A DNA stretch of 64,000 nucleotides from Trichomonas gallinae. Lineage: Eukaryota. Under the pieces are notes generated by a model. That model had not been told where the DNA came from. It was given only the letters and a program-made list of their open reading frames with translations, and searched no databases. Numbering within the stretch: the stretch's first letter is position 1; every line of letters starts with the position of its first letter. The position numbers and the translations under genes were made by a program. The stretch lies in assembly GCA_008369845.1 (NCBI GenBank), contig MRSU01001977.1, positions 1-64,000 on the forward strand, in the 5' to 3' direction. Shown piece after piece: positions 10,942-22,500 of this stretch.

Positions 10942-11190
10942 AATACTAGACACACCCTAAATACTATAAAAACCAAAAATATAGAATTTAAATATTATAA
11001 AATATCAAATAAACGAAAATAACTTAAAAGAGGGGTATGTACTTCCCTTTGTCAGATTTTAAATTTAAATACTCGTCACACCCTAAATACTATAAAATAT
11101 AAAAATATAGAATATATTTAAAATGCTTATATCAAATAAACGAAAATAACTTACATGAGGGGTTTGCACTTCCCTTTGTCAGTTTTTAAG
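10942..11190. repeat. Two ~126-bp tandem direct repeats in the importin-beta-like/ATM divergent promoter
   Basis: cacaccctaaatactataaaa...atatcaaataaacgaaaataactta..gaggggt.tg.acttccctttgtcag starts at 10951 and 11077. Confidence 0.9.
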
Positions 11191-11218
11191 TTCCTTTGTC
11201 AAATTTCTAAAAAAAAGT

Positions 11219-14200
11219 ATGGATATTGGCGCCATTTCTCGAAGTTTCATCGAGAAGTTGCAAGGAGACTCAAGGGTGACCCTTAAGAGATTAAATACCT
11301 TAAAGTCTGAAATCAATGACTTTGCGAACATAATTGAAACAGATGAAGCTCGAAGAATTAAATTCGAAAGTGACAATGAAAATTTGATAAAATGCGTAGT
11401 AGATGCAATGATATCTTTCATCAGGGCTATTGGAAATACAGCCAAATACCTTCAAATAATTGATGAATCAATTTATTATTTTTTTACAACTTTAGCACAT
11501 TTTTCTTTAAATTTGCATAAAGAAACCGATCTTAGCAATATAAAATCAGAATTAATGCATATCATTACAATTCAAGTACCTCAGCAAAAAAAGATTTATC
11601 TAACAATTATGTCAGGTCTTGTTCAATGTAAATGGTTTTACAACATTTTTCAGACAAAATTAGACCAAGAGACATTATATATTTTATTCGAAAATATTAT
11701 TACACCATATTTCGAAGATACTAGCGATACATTGGTGCCTAAAATGCTCAAATTCATTTTACACTTCATTCAGAACTCACCATTTATACTTGATGAACAA
11801 TACGCATTTTTAATTTTCCAAAACATCGACAGAATCATTTTAAACAGATCAGAATGCATAAATGATGCTTTAAATATACTAAACACACTCATTCCCCACT
11901 TCCATGTTTCTATCACTCTCAAAGGTATCGAAGCTCCGCCTTTTCAAAAATCGATAATTGATTATATTATATCTTCAAAGCTGGTTACAAAGGCACAAAA
12001 CTTTACACCGGTAAGAACATATTTATATCTCTGGATTACAGCGATACAAGCTTTCAATCAGAAAATTCCACAATCCATATGCGATCAACTCACTACTCAA
12101 CTTATTGAGTTATGGACTGTTTCAAACATCAAATCAAACTTTCTCGAACTGGAAGTCATTCCTTATTTGCAGTTCGACATTGAAATACTGAAGTCTTTTA
12201 CTGTTTCAGAATTATCGAGAATTTTTGCAACAGCTTACGATAGACTTAATCCTTTTTACGATTTCATGTTCATCCTTATAGCATTCGCAAAATACTCGCC
12301 AGAATCTATTGATATCCCAACATGGTGCAAACTAATATCAAAATCACCATCACAGTCTAACGTTTTAATTGACAAGAAGATATACAATATTAAATTTTTG
12401 TTTTACAAAGAAATCTTAAATTATATTGACGATGTTGAAATTTGGAATGAAGTATTTGATAAAACAAAAAGTAACATGGATACCAAAGAACCTGAGTATT
12501 TTAATTTTGTTTGTGCTTTAATAAGCAAGCAGAGAATATCAACAAAATTTGCTCATAAAAATCAGCCATATTTATGGAATATAAAACCAGAAAATTACAC
12601 TGAAGAGAGAGTAAGGTGCATCCAAACGATGGCTTACTATTATGGATTTGCATCACAAGAAACTAGAACTGAGTGTTTCCAAGTGATTCTCGATGTCATC
12701 ACAAAAACAATTGATAACGCCATACCAGAACAAATAGAAGATTTAGTTCGCTTAGTATGCAGCACACTTCAAAGCCATGCTGCCGATCCAAAAACAATAC
12801 CTATTGAAGAATGTCCGCTCGACAAAATGATCTCAAAGTTTAGAATAAGACTCAATGGTGGAAAAGCAATTATCCAAGAAAGATCAATTTTCAACCAACC
12901 GGAAAATGACGAAGACAATGAAAGTTCAGAAGATGAACCAATTATCTCACAGCATCATTTTCAAAAGAGTGAAGAGAGTTCTCAAGTGTTTACTGTAGAT
13001 ACAAAAGAAGTTGACATAGAATTTAACAAGAGGAGGCTGAAAAGAAAACAACTCAAACCTACTAATACAGGCAGTGTTTCTTTATGCAACTTCATCAATA
13101 CCAAATTGCAGAGAAATATGGTTACGACATTAACAAACGCAAGAATAGGTAAAGAAACAGACCAAAACTTGATCAGGCTGTATATCAGCAAATATGCTCC
13201 AAAAATTTTCCTTCAGTCCCAATATTTAGACGATCTCTCTAAAAGTTTCAATGATGCATGCAATAATATACCAGAATTAGTTGAGAGTTCATTTAACCAG
13301 TACATTATAATCATGATTACAGTTGCAAAAAGTTTCGATGAAGAAATGTTCCAACCATTCTTCGAAAAAATCCAAGGCAACTTTTTCAAGGCTCTAAATA
13401 AATATGTCGAGAGATTAATAGATAGATTGAACCATGCAATGTCATCTATGGGCGTTACACAATCATGGGCTAGATTATCCAAAATACATAATGACATGCT
13501 GTTTATGAACGTTTGCGAAATCGGCGAAATCGTATCATACATTTCACGTTTCGTTCCAGAATTCGTCGATGATATCAGTTCTTGCATTTTACCATTGATC
13601 AAGGCCACATGCAATTTCCCAACACTCCATCTTCCTTTCATTAAGCATATCTTGACAATTCCTGTTGAACAGAAGATGCTTGAAGACATTTTCGTCACAA
13701 TCAAAAATGCGCTGGATAAAACATTATTTACTTATGTTGTTCCAATCGAAGAACGAGAAAACTTTCTTATAGAGACTTTGACTATTTTGTCCAATTCCTT
13801 GATGGACATGAATGAACTCAATGACATTTTCAATTCGATATCCAAATATACACTAACATATAGAATGAAGTTGACGATTTTGGAAATCGTACGACATCAT
13901 TTTTGCGAAGCTCCTTCATTGTTCAAATTCCTATGGGGCAAAGGTGATGACTATGATCCATTCTATATTTTATCTGCGGAACAAAACATAAGAATTGATT
14001 ACATCGATACAGTTATCGCGGTTTTGTCAACAGATCAATTGGAAGGAAATGAGCACAACAAAATCAATACATTCGATAAAATGCTTCTAGGATCATTCGA
14101 GTCTGCACTTGATGAACCAACCGAATACATTTGTGATGCTTATACAGATATTGTGACTTTATCTACCATAGCAGCCCAAATCCCAGAGTTGACTGTCAAG

Positions 14201-17200
14201 TGCTTAGTACTTCTAACAAATTTCTTCGTTTCTAATTCTATTGATATTTTCCCAAAACATGCTTTAGATATCCTATTCCAACCATTAGGATCATATAAGA
14301 CAATGCAGCAATTAATCCCACTGCTAGTCATGCCTCTCTTCAACAGAAATATTAAGTGGCAAGATTTTCCATGGAGACTATTTGGAAACACCAAAATCGA
14401 AGTTTTCGAAATCATAGCTCCATTTTTATATCCACTCGCCATCAGATCCAATGATCATCATCTAATAGAATTCCTGGCTGAAACGTTTCGTATACCGATA
14501 AACGATTTGATGAACAAATATGATTCATATTTGATTCCTTTCTTATTTGCTTCATCATTGGACACAGATGATCGACAAACTGCAAATCAGGCATTGGAGC
14601 ATTACAATACAAGAATCAAAGCAAAAGAGAATCTTACAATTGACAGCCCGCTTCCTATCCTTGAATTGTCAACAATTTGTCCTTTGCAATATCTCGAGCC
14701 TTGCTATGGACAAATGCTGAAGTTCGCAAATAACAAAAATTTCTTCGATTTCCATAAGTTCTTAATCATCCTATATGCAAATACTTATAACTCAAAGCAC
14801 ACAATTGTCCAATCAATGCGATTGGACCAGTTTTCAATGTATTGCCAATTCATCATTGACTTCCACAAGACAGATTTAGACAATAATCCATGGCTTTATA
14901 CAGACATGCTTGTTTTTGCAAGGCATTTACTTGAATTTGCTGCACCAAGAGCCGTTGATAAACTTATCAATAAAATAGGGCAGAATTTCCCTGACATAAT
15001 ATTACAAAAGCTTAAAGAAAAAAAGACTTTTCACCCATCATTAAGAACAGTAATGCATGCTTTTGAAGAAATCTGCTTGTCTATCGAAAATTCGTACAAG
15101 GTTAGATTCTCGGATTCTGATCAGGAATTTAAGGTCAGATACTTAGATTTAGAAAAAGAATTCAAAGACAGATTTTTGGATTTAGAGCAAGAATTTAGAC
15201 TCAAAATCCCAGATTTGCTTGATGCTATGCTTTTAGTTGAACCGTACTATGAAAAACAAATTGCCGAAAGAACTTTCGGAAATGAATTCTTCAGAATAAG
15301 TGCAACACAGAAAGTCAACAAAAGAGGTATTGATTTTTTGTTACAACAATTATCAAATGTCTCATTAAATGATACATCTATATTCAACAGGACTAAGAAA
15401 CTTGATATATTAGGTACATTTAAATCCCCAACAGCAATGAAGCGCGCAGGAATGAATGCTATCTACGATTTCATCAAAAAAGAGAAATATCCACCCGCAC
15501 TACAGTTATATGCTGAACTCCAATTGCGCAATTTCGACATGTATCCTTCTCCAATGATCCTACAAGGAATCACAATAAAATTGGTGGAAAATTATCTCCA
15601 AGCACTAAATGAATGCGTCAGAGACAGAGATCCATGTGTTGCAATGGCTGCACTCGAAGCCCTCAGGCACACAAGAGATCAAGAAGGAATTCAGTCCCAA
15701 TATGAAAAAAATGAAACACAAAGTGTATATATCGCTGAATATCTTCGCTTTGATCCATTATTACCATCCCCAGCTATTCCAACATATAATGATAAAATGC
15801 CATGGTTCTGTAGAACCGTGATTGACATGATTAAAACAATCGGAAGCAGTGTTTCTTATTATCCATCAATGGAACTTGCAAGTTTAAGTGAAAGCTTTGC
15901 CAAAAGAATTTTCTCAACTGTTTTCATGACCGCTGTGACTCCAGGTTACGATTATGAATGGAAGGAAAAATTCAGAATCTATTTCGACAATCCAACTAAA
16001 TACATTGAAGAAAATACAGCAATATTGAAGGCATTGATCGATCTCAAAAATTACAACTTTAACGAATTGAAACCCCATGAATTTGGCAAGGAATTTCATA
16101 TAAATTGGATTTCAATAAGAATTGAATTTTCAATGTTTTCCAAAATCGCTCTCCAACTCGGAGATCCTTATCTCGCATATTTCTTCGCTGAATTCGCAAG
16201 AGAAACAAATGACACAGAGGACTCAAACTTCATGGAGATATTCAAGCGTCTTGGAGTCAACGAACTCATGCACGACTTGAACATTCAGATATCATCATTA
16301 TCAGAAATTGCAGAACTTCATGCGCAAGAAAATAGATTCAATAGATCATTGCTCCTATATGATATGGATGCTTCAGATAGCAATAGGCATAATCGTCTTA
16401 CAGAAATTTTGAGAACACTTCACCTTGATCATCTTCAGCTTCAATCAGGCTGGAACTCAGAAGCATTATGGAGGTTGCAAAAGTGGGAGATTCCATCAGC
16501 AACGTTGCGAGAAATGGATGCCCAGAGCCATTCAACACAAGTGTTCAAAATCATGCAAAGCTTTTCTTCCAAAAATACATCTTCTGTTAAGTCAGCCATC
16601 AACGAATATTTCAGCGATTTTCACATGAACGAATTTAATACTGTCGGAGAGAATCTTTCTATTTTGCTTGACGCATGCACGATACAATGGTTCCATGCAT
16701 TGCAAATGCCAAATGAGAGCCATCTAGTAAGAATCTTCCCGAAAGATTACCAAAATATTTATGTGAAATTCCTCGAGAAACTCACAACTTTCTCAAAGAT
16801 ATCGTATAAAAGCTCGGAGAGTGCCCAAATGCTTAATGGAATATTTATCGCAAATAACGGATTCCTTGATCCATCGAGCAGCCGCATCAAACTTCCAAAC
16901 ATTTCGATGGCTTTCTTCGATTCTGTTGTTTCGACAGCATCTGAGCTCAAAGAGGTTGAAAGCGCTCAGTATTTTGTTCGATTGCTCCGGAATTCAATGA
17001 AAATCTCTCAGCCCGCAGATTTTGAGCAAATCTGCGTCATAGCAGTTGATTCTCCATTGCGCGCTGTTAATCTTCTAAAGAAACACGCTGATGATCTTAA
17101 AATTGATCCATCAAAATCAGTAACGAAAGCATATGTAAACAACGAATCTGCTCAAGTTTTTAACTTGAAGATTGATTTAACATTAGCTCAGTGGTATGCT

Positions 17201-19297
17201 CAAACCCACTTTACACAAACAAAAGATATCGTCAGCAATCTCCAAAAAGTCATTGATATGGCAAACAAATGCAACCAGATTGATATTTTGGTTGATGCTC
17301 ATTTCACACTTGCCACGTTCGCCCACAACATGCAGAGAGAATCTATACAGTTCTTTGATTCAACGGAATACACTGACATCGTGCAGATCATTGCTAAACT
17401 GGAAGAAAATGCAAGAGCAATTCAAAGCTCTACCACACGGGCCACCACAGATCTTTTGACTCTCCAAAATGATATCAATATCCACAAATTGCATTTAAAC
17501 CAAGAAAGGGAGAAATTCAAGATGAGCATCATCCTTGCCATTGAAAATTATCTAGCTGCTATGAAGTACAGTGATAAACATAATTTAGAGTCCTTATATT
17601 CAGTTGTCAGCCTTTGGTTCAATTACTCTTTCCCTAAATCCAAGAGCATCATCGATGATGACAACATAGGAATCATAGAGATTCTGGAAAGCTATTTCGA
17701 TAATATAGCCCCCAAGAAGTTTTTGCCACTTTTCTATCAATTTGCAGCAAGAATAAAACCATTCAACCAGCCCAATACTCCAAACTCTAATTATGTTGCG
17801 CAATTCCAAGAATTCCTGAAGAAAGTTGTGAAATGTTTAGTCAAGGAAAATTCTAATCAGACCTTACCAGTTCTATTCGCTTTGACACAAAACAATATGA
17901 TGAATGTTGGAAAGCCAGTGAGTGGAGTCGTGAATTACTCACAAGAAAAGATTGATTCCATCATCGAGCTAATCAACGAAATAATTCTTGAGGACGAAAA
18001 ATTCAGCGAAAATCCGATCGGTATGGCTAAGCGATGGAATGATATGAAAGAATTACTTGAAGCATATATAACACTAGCAAATCATCATTGGACCCCCATA
18101 CTGCCGACCACAGATCTGACTCTCAGAATGCATTCTAAAGAGTTATTAGATATGCCGCGTGGTAAAAACCTACCAATTATCACTGACTCGAACTACACTG
18201 AGATAGTTCAATTCGCTGATAAAATTTCAGTTTTAGATGGAGTAAATAAGCCACTAAAGATAACTGCCATCGGAAAGAATGGACGCAGATATAATCAGAT
18301 TCTCAAAGGAAAGAATGATGATTTAAGACAGGATGCTGTTGTAGAACAATTATTCCAGTTATCATCACAGATCTTGGAACTCTGCAATCCAGCTTTAAAG
18401 ATCCGCTCATACAAAGTTGTTCCTTTGACACCATCAGCTGGTATAATCGAGTTCGTTGAAAAATCAATGAGTATTGGTTCATATCTAGTTGGCGAAGGAA
18501 AGAGAGCTGGTGCGCACAAAAAATATGGAAGAAACGGCTATTCCCCTGAAGTGATCCAAAAAAAGTTTAAAGAGGCCTCCGACATTTATCATAATGAAGC
18601 ATACAAAAACAATCCAAACAAACTAAAGATTTTAGTTGACAATTACAAAGAGCTCTGCGAAAAATTCCAACCATGCATGAGATTTTTCTTCGTTGAACAG
18701 TTCAGCAACACAGGAGACTGGTTCAAAGCGAGGATGAACTATGCATTGCAGACTGCGACAAACTCTATGGTCGGATATATTTTCGGCATCGGAGACAGAC
18801 ACACGGGAAATATTTTGATTGACACCACCTCAGGCGAAATCATTCATATTGATCTGGGTATTGCATTTGAACAAGGAAAGATGCTCAAGATCAGAGAGAT
18901 TGTACCGTTTAGGATGACCCCTGATATTATTGATGGATTCGGCCACAGAGGAGGAAGTGGAGTATTTAGGTCTGCATGCGTTGAAACTTTAAACTTGTTG
19001 AGGCATTATTCTGAGTATCTTTTGACAGTTTTGGATGTTTTCTTGAATGACCCACTCTATAACTGGAATGTCGTTCCAAAGAAGAAGAAGACAGACATGC
19101 TCAAAGGAAAAGCTAATGAAGAAATTTTTGCACCAAAAACCGCTACAAGTGTCATCATGAGATGCAGATACAAACTAGAAGGAAAAGACACAGGAGAGAA
19201 TCTTTCTGTTGAAGGACAAGTTGCACAACTCTACAATGAAGCAACTGACCCCACTAAGCTTGCACAGATGTATTGTGGTTGGAAGCCATACATGTAA
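11219..19297 (+). CDS. ATM: PIKK-family kinase, ATM/Tel1 orthologue (2692 aa)
   Basis: DDLRQDAVVEQLF, GIGDRHTGNILID, HIDLGIAFEQGKML..EIVPFRMT (ATM-type), FAT region, FATC ending GWKPYM. Confidence 0.9.
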   Translation: MDIGAISRSFIEKLQGDSRVTLKRLNTLKSEINDFANIIETDEARRIKFESDNENLIKCVVDAMISFIRAIGNTAKYLQIIDESIYYFFTTLAHFSLNLHKETDLSNIKSELMHIITIQVPQQKKIYLTIMSGLVQCKWFYNIFQTKLDQETLYILFENIITPYFEDTSDTLVPKMLKFILHFIQNSPFILDEQYAFLIFQNIDRIILNRSECINDALNILNTLIPHFHVSITLKGIEAPPFQKSIIDYIISSKLVTKAQNFTPVRTYLYLWITAIQAFNQKIPQSICDQLTTQLIELWTVSNIKSNFLELEVIPYLQFDIEILKSFTVSELSRIFATAYDRLNPFYDFMFILIAFAKYSPESIDIPTWCKLISKSPSQSNVLIDKKIYNIKFLFYKEILNYIDDVEIWNEVFDKTKSNMDTKEPEYFNFVCALISKQRISTKFAHKNQPYLWNIKPENYTEERVRCIQTMAYYYGFASQETRTECFQVILDVITKTIDNAIPEQIEDLVRLVCSTLQSHAADPKTIPIEECPLDKMISKFRIRLNGGKAIIQERSIFNQPENDEDNESSEDEPIISQHHFQKSEESSQVFTVDTKEVDIEFNKRRLKRKQLKPTNTGSVSLCNFINTKLQRNMVTTLTNARIGKETDQNLIRLYISKYAPKIFLQSQYLDDLSKSFNDACNNIPELVESSFNQYIIIMITVAKSFDEEMFQPFFEKIQGNFFKALNKYVERLIDRLNHAMSSMGVTQSWARLSKIHNDMLFMNVCEIGEIVSYISRFVPEFVDDISSCILPLIKATCNFPTLHLPFIKHILTIPVEQKMLEDIFVTIKNALDKTLFTYVVPIEERENFLIETLTILSNSLMDMNELNDIFNSISKYTLTYRMKLTILEIVRHHFCEAPSLFKFLWGKGDDYDPFYILSAEQNIRIDYIDTVIAVLSTDQLEGNEHNKINTFDKMLLGSFESALDEPTEYICDAYTDIVTLSTIAAQIPELTVKCLVLLTNFFVSNSIDIFPKHALDILFQPLGSYKTMQQLIPLLVMPLFNRNIKWQDFPWRLFGNTKIEVFEIIAPFLYPLAIRSNDHHLIEFLAETFRIPINDLMNKYDSYLIPFLFASSLDTDDRQTANQALEHYNTRIKAKENLTIDSPLPILELSTICPLQYLEPCYGQMLKFANNKNFFDFHKFLIILYANTYNSKHTIVQSMRLDQFSMYCQFIIDFHKTDLDNNPWLYTDMLVFARHLLEFAAPRAVDKLINKIGQNFPDIILQKLKEKKTFHPSLRTVMHAFEEICLSIENSYKVRFSDSDQEFKVRYLDLEKEFKDRFLDLEQEFRLKIPDLLDAMLLVEPYYEKQIAERTFGNEFFRISATQKVNKRGIDFLLQQLSNVSLNDTSIFNRTKKLDILGTFKSPTAMKRAGMNAIYDFIKKEKYPPALQLYAELQLRNFDMYPSPMILQGITIKLVENYLQALNECVRDRDPCVAMAALEALRHTRDQEGIQSQYEKNETQSVYIAEYLRFDPLLPSPAIPTYNDKMPWFCRTVIDMIKTIGSSVSYYPSMELASLSESFAKRIFSTVFMTAVTPGYDYEWKEKFRIYFDNPTKYIEENTAILKALIDLKNYNFNELKPHEFGKEFHINWISIRIEFSMFSKIALQLGDPYLAYFFAEFARETNDTEDSNFMEIFKRLGVNELMHDLNIQISSLSEIAELHAQENRFNRSLLLYDMDASDSNRHNRLTEILRTLHLDHLQLQSGWNSEALWRLQKWEIPSATLREMDAQSHSTQVFKIMQSFSSKNTSSVKSAINEYFSDFHMNEFNTVGENLSILLDACTIQWFHALQMPNESHLVRIFPKDYQNIYVKFLEKLTTFSKISYKSSESAQMLNGIFIANNGFLDPSSSRIKLPNISMAFFDSVVSTASELKEVESAQYFVRLLRNSMKISQPADFEQICVIAVDSPLRAVNLLKKHADDLKIDPSKSVTKAYVNNESAQVFNLKIDLTLAQWYAQTHFTQTKDIVSNLQKVIDMANKCNQIDILVDAHFTLATFAHNMQRESIQFFDSTEYTDIVQIIAKLEENARAIQSSTTRATTDLLTLQNDINIHKLHLNQEREKFKMSIILAIENYLAAMKYSDKHNLESLYSVVSLWFNYSFPKSKSIIDDDNIGIIEILESYFDNIAPKKFLPLFYQFAARIKPFNQPNTPNSNYVAQFQEFLKKVVKCLVKENSNQTLPVLFALTQNNMMNVGKPVSGVVNYSQEKIDSIIELINEIILEDEKFSENPIGMAKRWNDMKELLEAYITLANHHWTPILPTTDLTLRMHSKELLDMPRGKNLPIITDSNYTEIVQFADKISVLDGVNKPLKITAIGKNGRRYNQILKGKNDDLRQDAVVEQLFQLSSQILELCNPALKIRSYKVVPLTPSAGIIEFVEKSMSIGSYLVGEGKRAGAHKKYGRNGYSPEVIQKKFKEASDIYHNEAYKNNPNKLKILVDNYKELCEKFQPCMRFFFVEQFSNTGDWFKARMNYALQTATNSMVGYIFGIGDRHTGNILIDTTSGEIIHIDLGIAFEQGKMLKIREIVPFRMTPDIIDGFGHRGGSGVFRSACVETLNLLRHYSEYLLTVLDVFLNDPLYNWNVVPKKKKTDMLKGKANEEIFAPKTATSVIMRCRYKLEGKDTGENLSVEGQVAQLYNEATDPTKLAQMYCGWKPYM

Positions 19298-19555
19298 TTT
19301 TATTTTTTATTATTTGTTTGAATTTAAATTTTATTTTATATAGATTACTTCCCTAAGTTTGGTAAATTACTCATTATTCGATATGCATGACATTGGAAAG
19401 TGAATTTATTCGAGGAATTTTCGAGAAAAGAGTATTTTTTCATTTGTATTTCATTTCACACAACAGATAATGTAGAAAATATTTATCAAACAAAATAAAT
19501 TTAGTACAATTTATCAAACAGTATAAATAAATAACAAAAAATATAAATATTATTA

Positions 19556-22500
19556 TTACCACCAAGGGCGCCAGCCTTTGAACATCATGCATAGATTCAG
19601 TGATGATGTGGCTTCTGATATCAATGTGTCGACTTGCTGCTCGACGACAAGGTTTCCTTTCTCTGGGAAATCATCACCTGTGAGTTTTGCGACAACTCGC
19701 TTGATTAAAACGTCTGGCTGCTTCTCTTCGCTCATTTTAGCTGTTCCCATCAAAAGAGGGTCATGGACGAATGTCTCAAGAAGACCACTGATTGTATCCT
19801 TGTGCAGTCTCAAGAGTTTCATGACATTGATGGAGCACATTCTCAATGTTCCATCGACGCCAGCGATTTCTAACGCGCTGACGAATACTCTTGTCATTCT
19901 GAATGGTACAGTCTCAGGGTAGTGCTCTCTGTGCTGCGCAACTTCGAAGCAGTCACCGAAATCTATGTGCAAGAGTTTACCAGTTTTAACACACATCATG
20001 ATATTTCCTGGATGTCTGTCTCCGAGGCCGAGAATATAGCCAACCATTGATGTTGCAGCAAGGCTCTCTGTGTAAACAGTTCTTCTCGAAACCCAGTTTG
20101 ACGAGTCGATTGAATTAATGAGCAAAATCTGCTTCAGATCATCGCCTTTCGTCTTTGATAGGCCGTAATCGAAGCACTCCTTCCTCTCAAGCGGCGGCAG
20201 CTGCTCGAAATTCTGCGCTTTCTGCAAAATAGTGTTAATCTCGAGGTTGAGAGGAATTTTCCTATGATCTCTGTATTCGCGCATTAACTCGTAAATAGTA
20301 GTTGAATCACGAACCCAGCCGATTAAACCAACATTTGGAGCAAGAGGGAGAATGGAATAAGTCGTCAAGTTTCCTGCCATCGCAGAGGCCATAATAGTGT
20401 TGACGAATGTCAGGAGCTGCACAACTCTCTGATCAAGTCTTGTGTCTTCGTTTGCTTTGAGAAGGAATTTGTACTTGATGCCATCAGTTGCATTGACAAC
20501 TACAGCACGCGGCCTCTGTTTTGACGTGAAGACAGATATAACTGGATCAAAAGAAACAATGCCAACAACTGGTCCGGAGAATTTGTAGGTTCCTGGGATT
20601 GCAATAAGCGAAGACTTGAAAGAAGCCAAGGCAGGAGAAGCGTCTTCAAGAATCACACTTTTAATGCTGGATGCCTGCGATTGCAAAGAGTTATAAACTC
20701 CAGTATAGAACTGCCAAGCGAGATGGAAAGCTTCTATGCCAGATTCTTCCGACAAAAATGCTTTAGTTAGTGAGCAAGCTTTGCCAAGAGTTGCAGCAAA
20801 CTGTGCGTTGAAAGAAAGCTCAAGGAATGACTTTGGTGTGTGAGAAATCTTCTCGTGATAACTTAACAACAACCTTGCAGCACCTTTCGGATCATTCTGG
20901 TGCAAGTAAAGTCTCGAAGATTCATCAACAGCATATGTCCATATTTCAAACCACGATGATGCAACTCTAACGAGCTCATTTCTCGCGATTGACGAGTCTT
21001 CAACGAGCTGTGGATGGCTTGTTTTTAAATACGCAATGACACTCTTGATGATTTCTGCACGATCAGCCTGATAGGGGAAGGCAACACTCAATGCTTGAAG
21101 AACGACGTTTGGATGATTTCTACCAATGAATGACATTGTTTCGACTAAAAGTTTGTCGAGCTCTTTGTCTGCACTGAGCTTCGCTGTTATCTGCGGGAGA
21201 TGCTCAGCAATGTACTGTGTTGGAACCCATTGCATGTATTTCCTGAACACGTCATATATTTCCGTGTTTCCATGTTTGAACAAAATCGAGAAAACTCTGA
21301 GTATCGAGTGCATTGGAACAGGAGGATTAAGCATAAGGACATTCATTAGCGCTTCAAGAGTTTGAACAAGAGATTTCTGGTCTTTAAAGTTACTCTTTTC
21401 GTAAATTGCGATGTTTACATCACTCCATAGTTTCCACGTTTTGAAGTTGTATCTTGACAAATCAAGAGCGTTCTTGGCATGCTGGAGACTTTGTTTGAGA
21501 TTTCCTATACTAAGGAAAACTCTGCCGAGTGTTTTATTGATCTTCACGTAGAGTGGAGATTCTTTGTCAACCATTTCCAAGGCTTTTGTTGCACCTGAAA
21601 TCATTTCTTGTGTTCTTCCTGAATAAAGGGCCATTTCTGACTTCAAGAATAATGTTTCTGGTTCATCAACAGGAAGTTTTTCTAAAGCAATCTCAGCGAT
21701 TTGTGTTTGTCCTTGTTTGATTGTTGTATTAAGGAAATCTATCCAATACTTTTTCATTTCATCTTGTGAGAAGAAGAGGCTTCTTATTTGCAACAGCGAG
21801 AAATAATCGCTTTGTCCGTTGTACTTTACTTGTTTCAGTCTGTATTCCCAGTTCTTCATTATTCTATTGACGCTTGACGGATTCTCCTTCATCATGACTA
21901 TTTCGAGCAGCTCCACGACTTGCGCAATTTGAACGAAGTCATGATAACTGCGCTCGAAGTCGCCGCTTAACACAGGGAAAGTGTTTTCGATATTCGTGAT
22001 TACAAAAGTGTTGATGCACGATCTTGTTGTTTCATAATCGCCTTTCAGCAAGTTAAATATTGCGTGAAGAAGAGACGTGTCTGGACTTAACTGTACTTTC
22101 TCCATGTTTGCCATGAAATCGTCGATTTTTCCATTGCCTAATGCAGCGACAGCCGAGAATCGTGGGCTGAATCCACTTGCGCACTTCTCGAGATCTTTGT
22201 AGCGCGACAAATATTCCAAGCAGGTCATTTTGTTGTTGAGCAATGCCACATTGTTTGGCATGATTGCGAGCTTCTTCTCCCACAGCCTCAATGCGTCCTC
22301 CCAGACACCAAGAAATTGGAATGTGTTTGACGAAAAATCTGGCTCTTCTTTCGATCGAGAAAGTTTCCTGAAAATTCCATTCGCTGCATACTTAAGACCG
22401 AGCTTCTTGTTGATGTTTATAATAACCTGCGAGAGCTTCTCTGTATCTGAGTCGAAAGCAGCTTCAGCATATCTCAACGCTTGATGATACTGACGCATTT

